Source of the DNA: Raillietiella orientalis | Taxonomy: Eukaryota | DNA: 64,000 bases | Assembly: GCA_036172245.1 (NCBI GenBank) | Contig: JAYWIR010000036.1 | Coordinates: 310,001 to 374,000 of the forward strand | Direction of reading: 5' to 3' | Part shown: positions 62,801-64,000 of the stretch, one piece after another | How positions within the stretch are numbered: position 1 is the stretch's first letter | Layout of the letters: the number at the start of each line of letters is the position of its first letter | Notes under the pieces: generated by a model | Database searches by the model: none | Seen by the model: only the letters and a program-made list of their open reading frames with translations | Told to the model about the DNA's origin: nothing | Made by a program: the position numbers and the translations under genes

Positions 62801-63340
62801 CTGCGAGATGGCAGCACGAGCTCCTGGGGCCACCTCTGCGACCAAGGCAACCGAATCTTCTCCAGAGGACCTTCTCGCTTCCCCTCTTCTGCATGAGGGC
62901 CTAAATCTCCCACCCACAGCAAACCCTATTGAAGAGACAGACCCACGAGCAGCTGGCGCTCCGGGATAAGGGCGAGGATGGGCTCAGATTACCAGGAGCA
63001 CTACTCACGTCGGGGATTCGACTCCGTGGAGAAGCGCGTCCTGAAAGGGGGCTGCTGAACTTGCGGGGAAAAACAAACAAACCCTCGAAAAATGGGACAC
63101 TCGTGATTCTGCGACGCCTCGCTTGAGATGTCGACGCGAATCAGCGCCGGAATTCTTAGAAACCTCTTTTGCCCAACTCTGGTAAGGGAAGCGCGGCGAA
63201 GGGCGCGCGAAGTCTTCTTCGGCAGGGAGGAAGAGAGGGTACAGAGCGGTAGCTTTGTCGTTGGCTCTGTACATACTCTTTTTGTTTTTTTTCAGAAACG
63301 AATGAACTCGTTGCGAAACGGATTTTAGCGATGAGTAGAA

Positions 63341-63391
63341 TATGATATATATACTATATATACACACACATGTATATACGATATATATACA
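63341..63391. repeat. (TA)n/(CA)n microsatellite
   Basis: Directly visible. Confidence 0.85.
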
Positions 63392-64000
63392 TTTTCAAGC
63401 GCGGTGATCCTGATCGCAGCTCTAAATGGGTAACGAAGCTCCTCCTCATACAACGACTGCCCCGGGGGGCGCGAAAGGGCCACGGCTCACTGCGAGCTCG
63501 TGTGGCGTGAGCGCGCATGAGCCGTGCGACTCAATTGCCTCTGCTTGCGTGCACCCTCTGCTGCACCACGGTTCACGCGCGCACCGCTCTTTTCTTTTTT
63601 CCAAACGAACTCTTCAGACCTTCCTGCTGGTCGCTCAGAGTGGGGGTGGTTTTCCAGGAGGATTTTCCTTCCCAGTTCAAAACTCTCACAATCGCTGTTC
63701 GCTGTTTCCGAAGCAATTTAAGGGTGTCAATTCATACGAACGAGCAGGAACAATCATCACCGTTACGGCACTCGAATGAGGTGCTCCAGTAAACGAGGAA
63801 GGGACTCTGTGAGATCGATTGAATTCCGAAGGTCGAAGCTGTTGAATTGCTACCTACCGCAACCAAGGAAAGAAAGAAAGAAATGTGCAATGAAACAGGA
63901 TGTTAAAGTGCAGCCTAGAAGAACAAAGTTGATGAAACACTGGTGTTATTCTTTCCTGCCTGCAAGCCCCCAAGATTATCCCTCCCCATCCCCCTTCCGT

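Overview
Eukaryotic, almost certainly arthropod, genomic DNA. The evidence is the arthropod-type MDM1 motifs and the very short spliceosomal introns, mostly 38-60 nt. I reconstructed five protein-coding genes by hand from splice sites: MDM1 (+, 10 exons), V-ATPase subunit S1/ATP6AP1 (-, 6 exons), a PTPDC1-type phosphatase (-, 7 exons found, 5' exons not found), an intronless GT31 beta-1,3-galactosyltransferase-like gene with degenerate catalytic motifs (+), and MCM2 (-, 9 exons, 904 aa). Most of the remaining GC-rich sequence, and most of the long ORFs in the track, is decayed transposon debris: L1/Tx1-like, R2-like, CR1/Jockey-like, RTE-like, ISXO2/Merlin-like and a pogo-type MITE. The most notable items are a four-copy tRNA(His)-like SINE family with a hairpin-rich body and palindromic tail, a 25-bp-TIR element enclosing a LINE 3' end, RFX X-boxes beside the two centriole/cilia genes, a sharp CpG-depletion mosaic suggesting gene-body methylation, and many short near-perfect hairpins. 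Protein and element assignments rest on remembered motifs, not database searches, and element boundaries are approximate.
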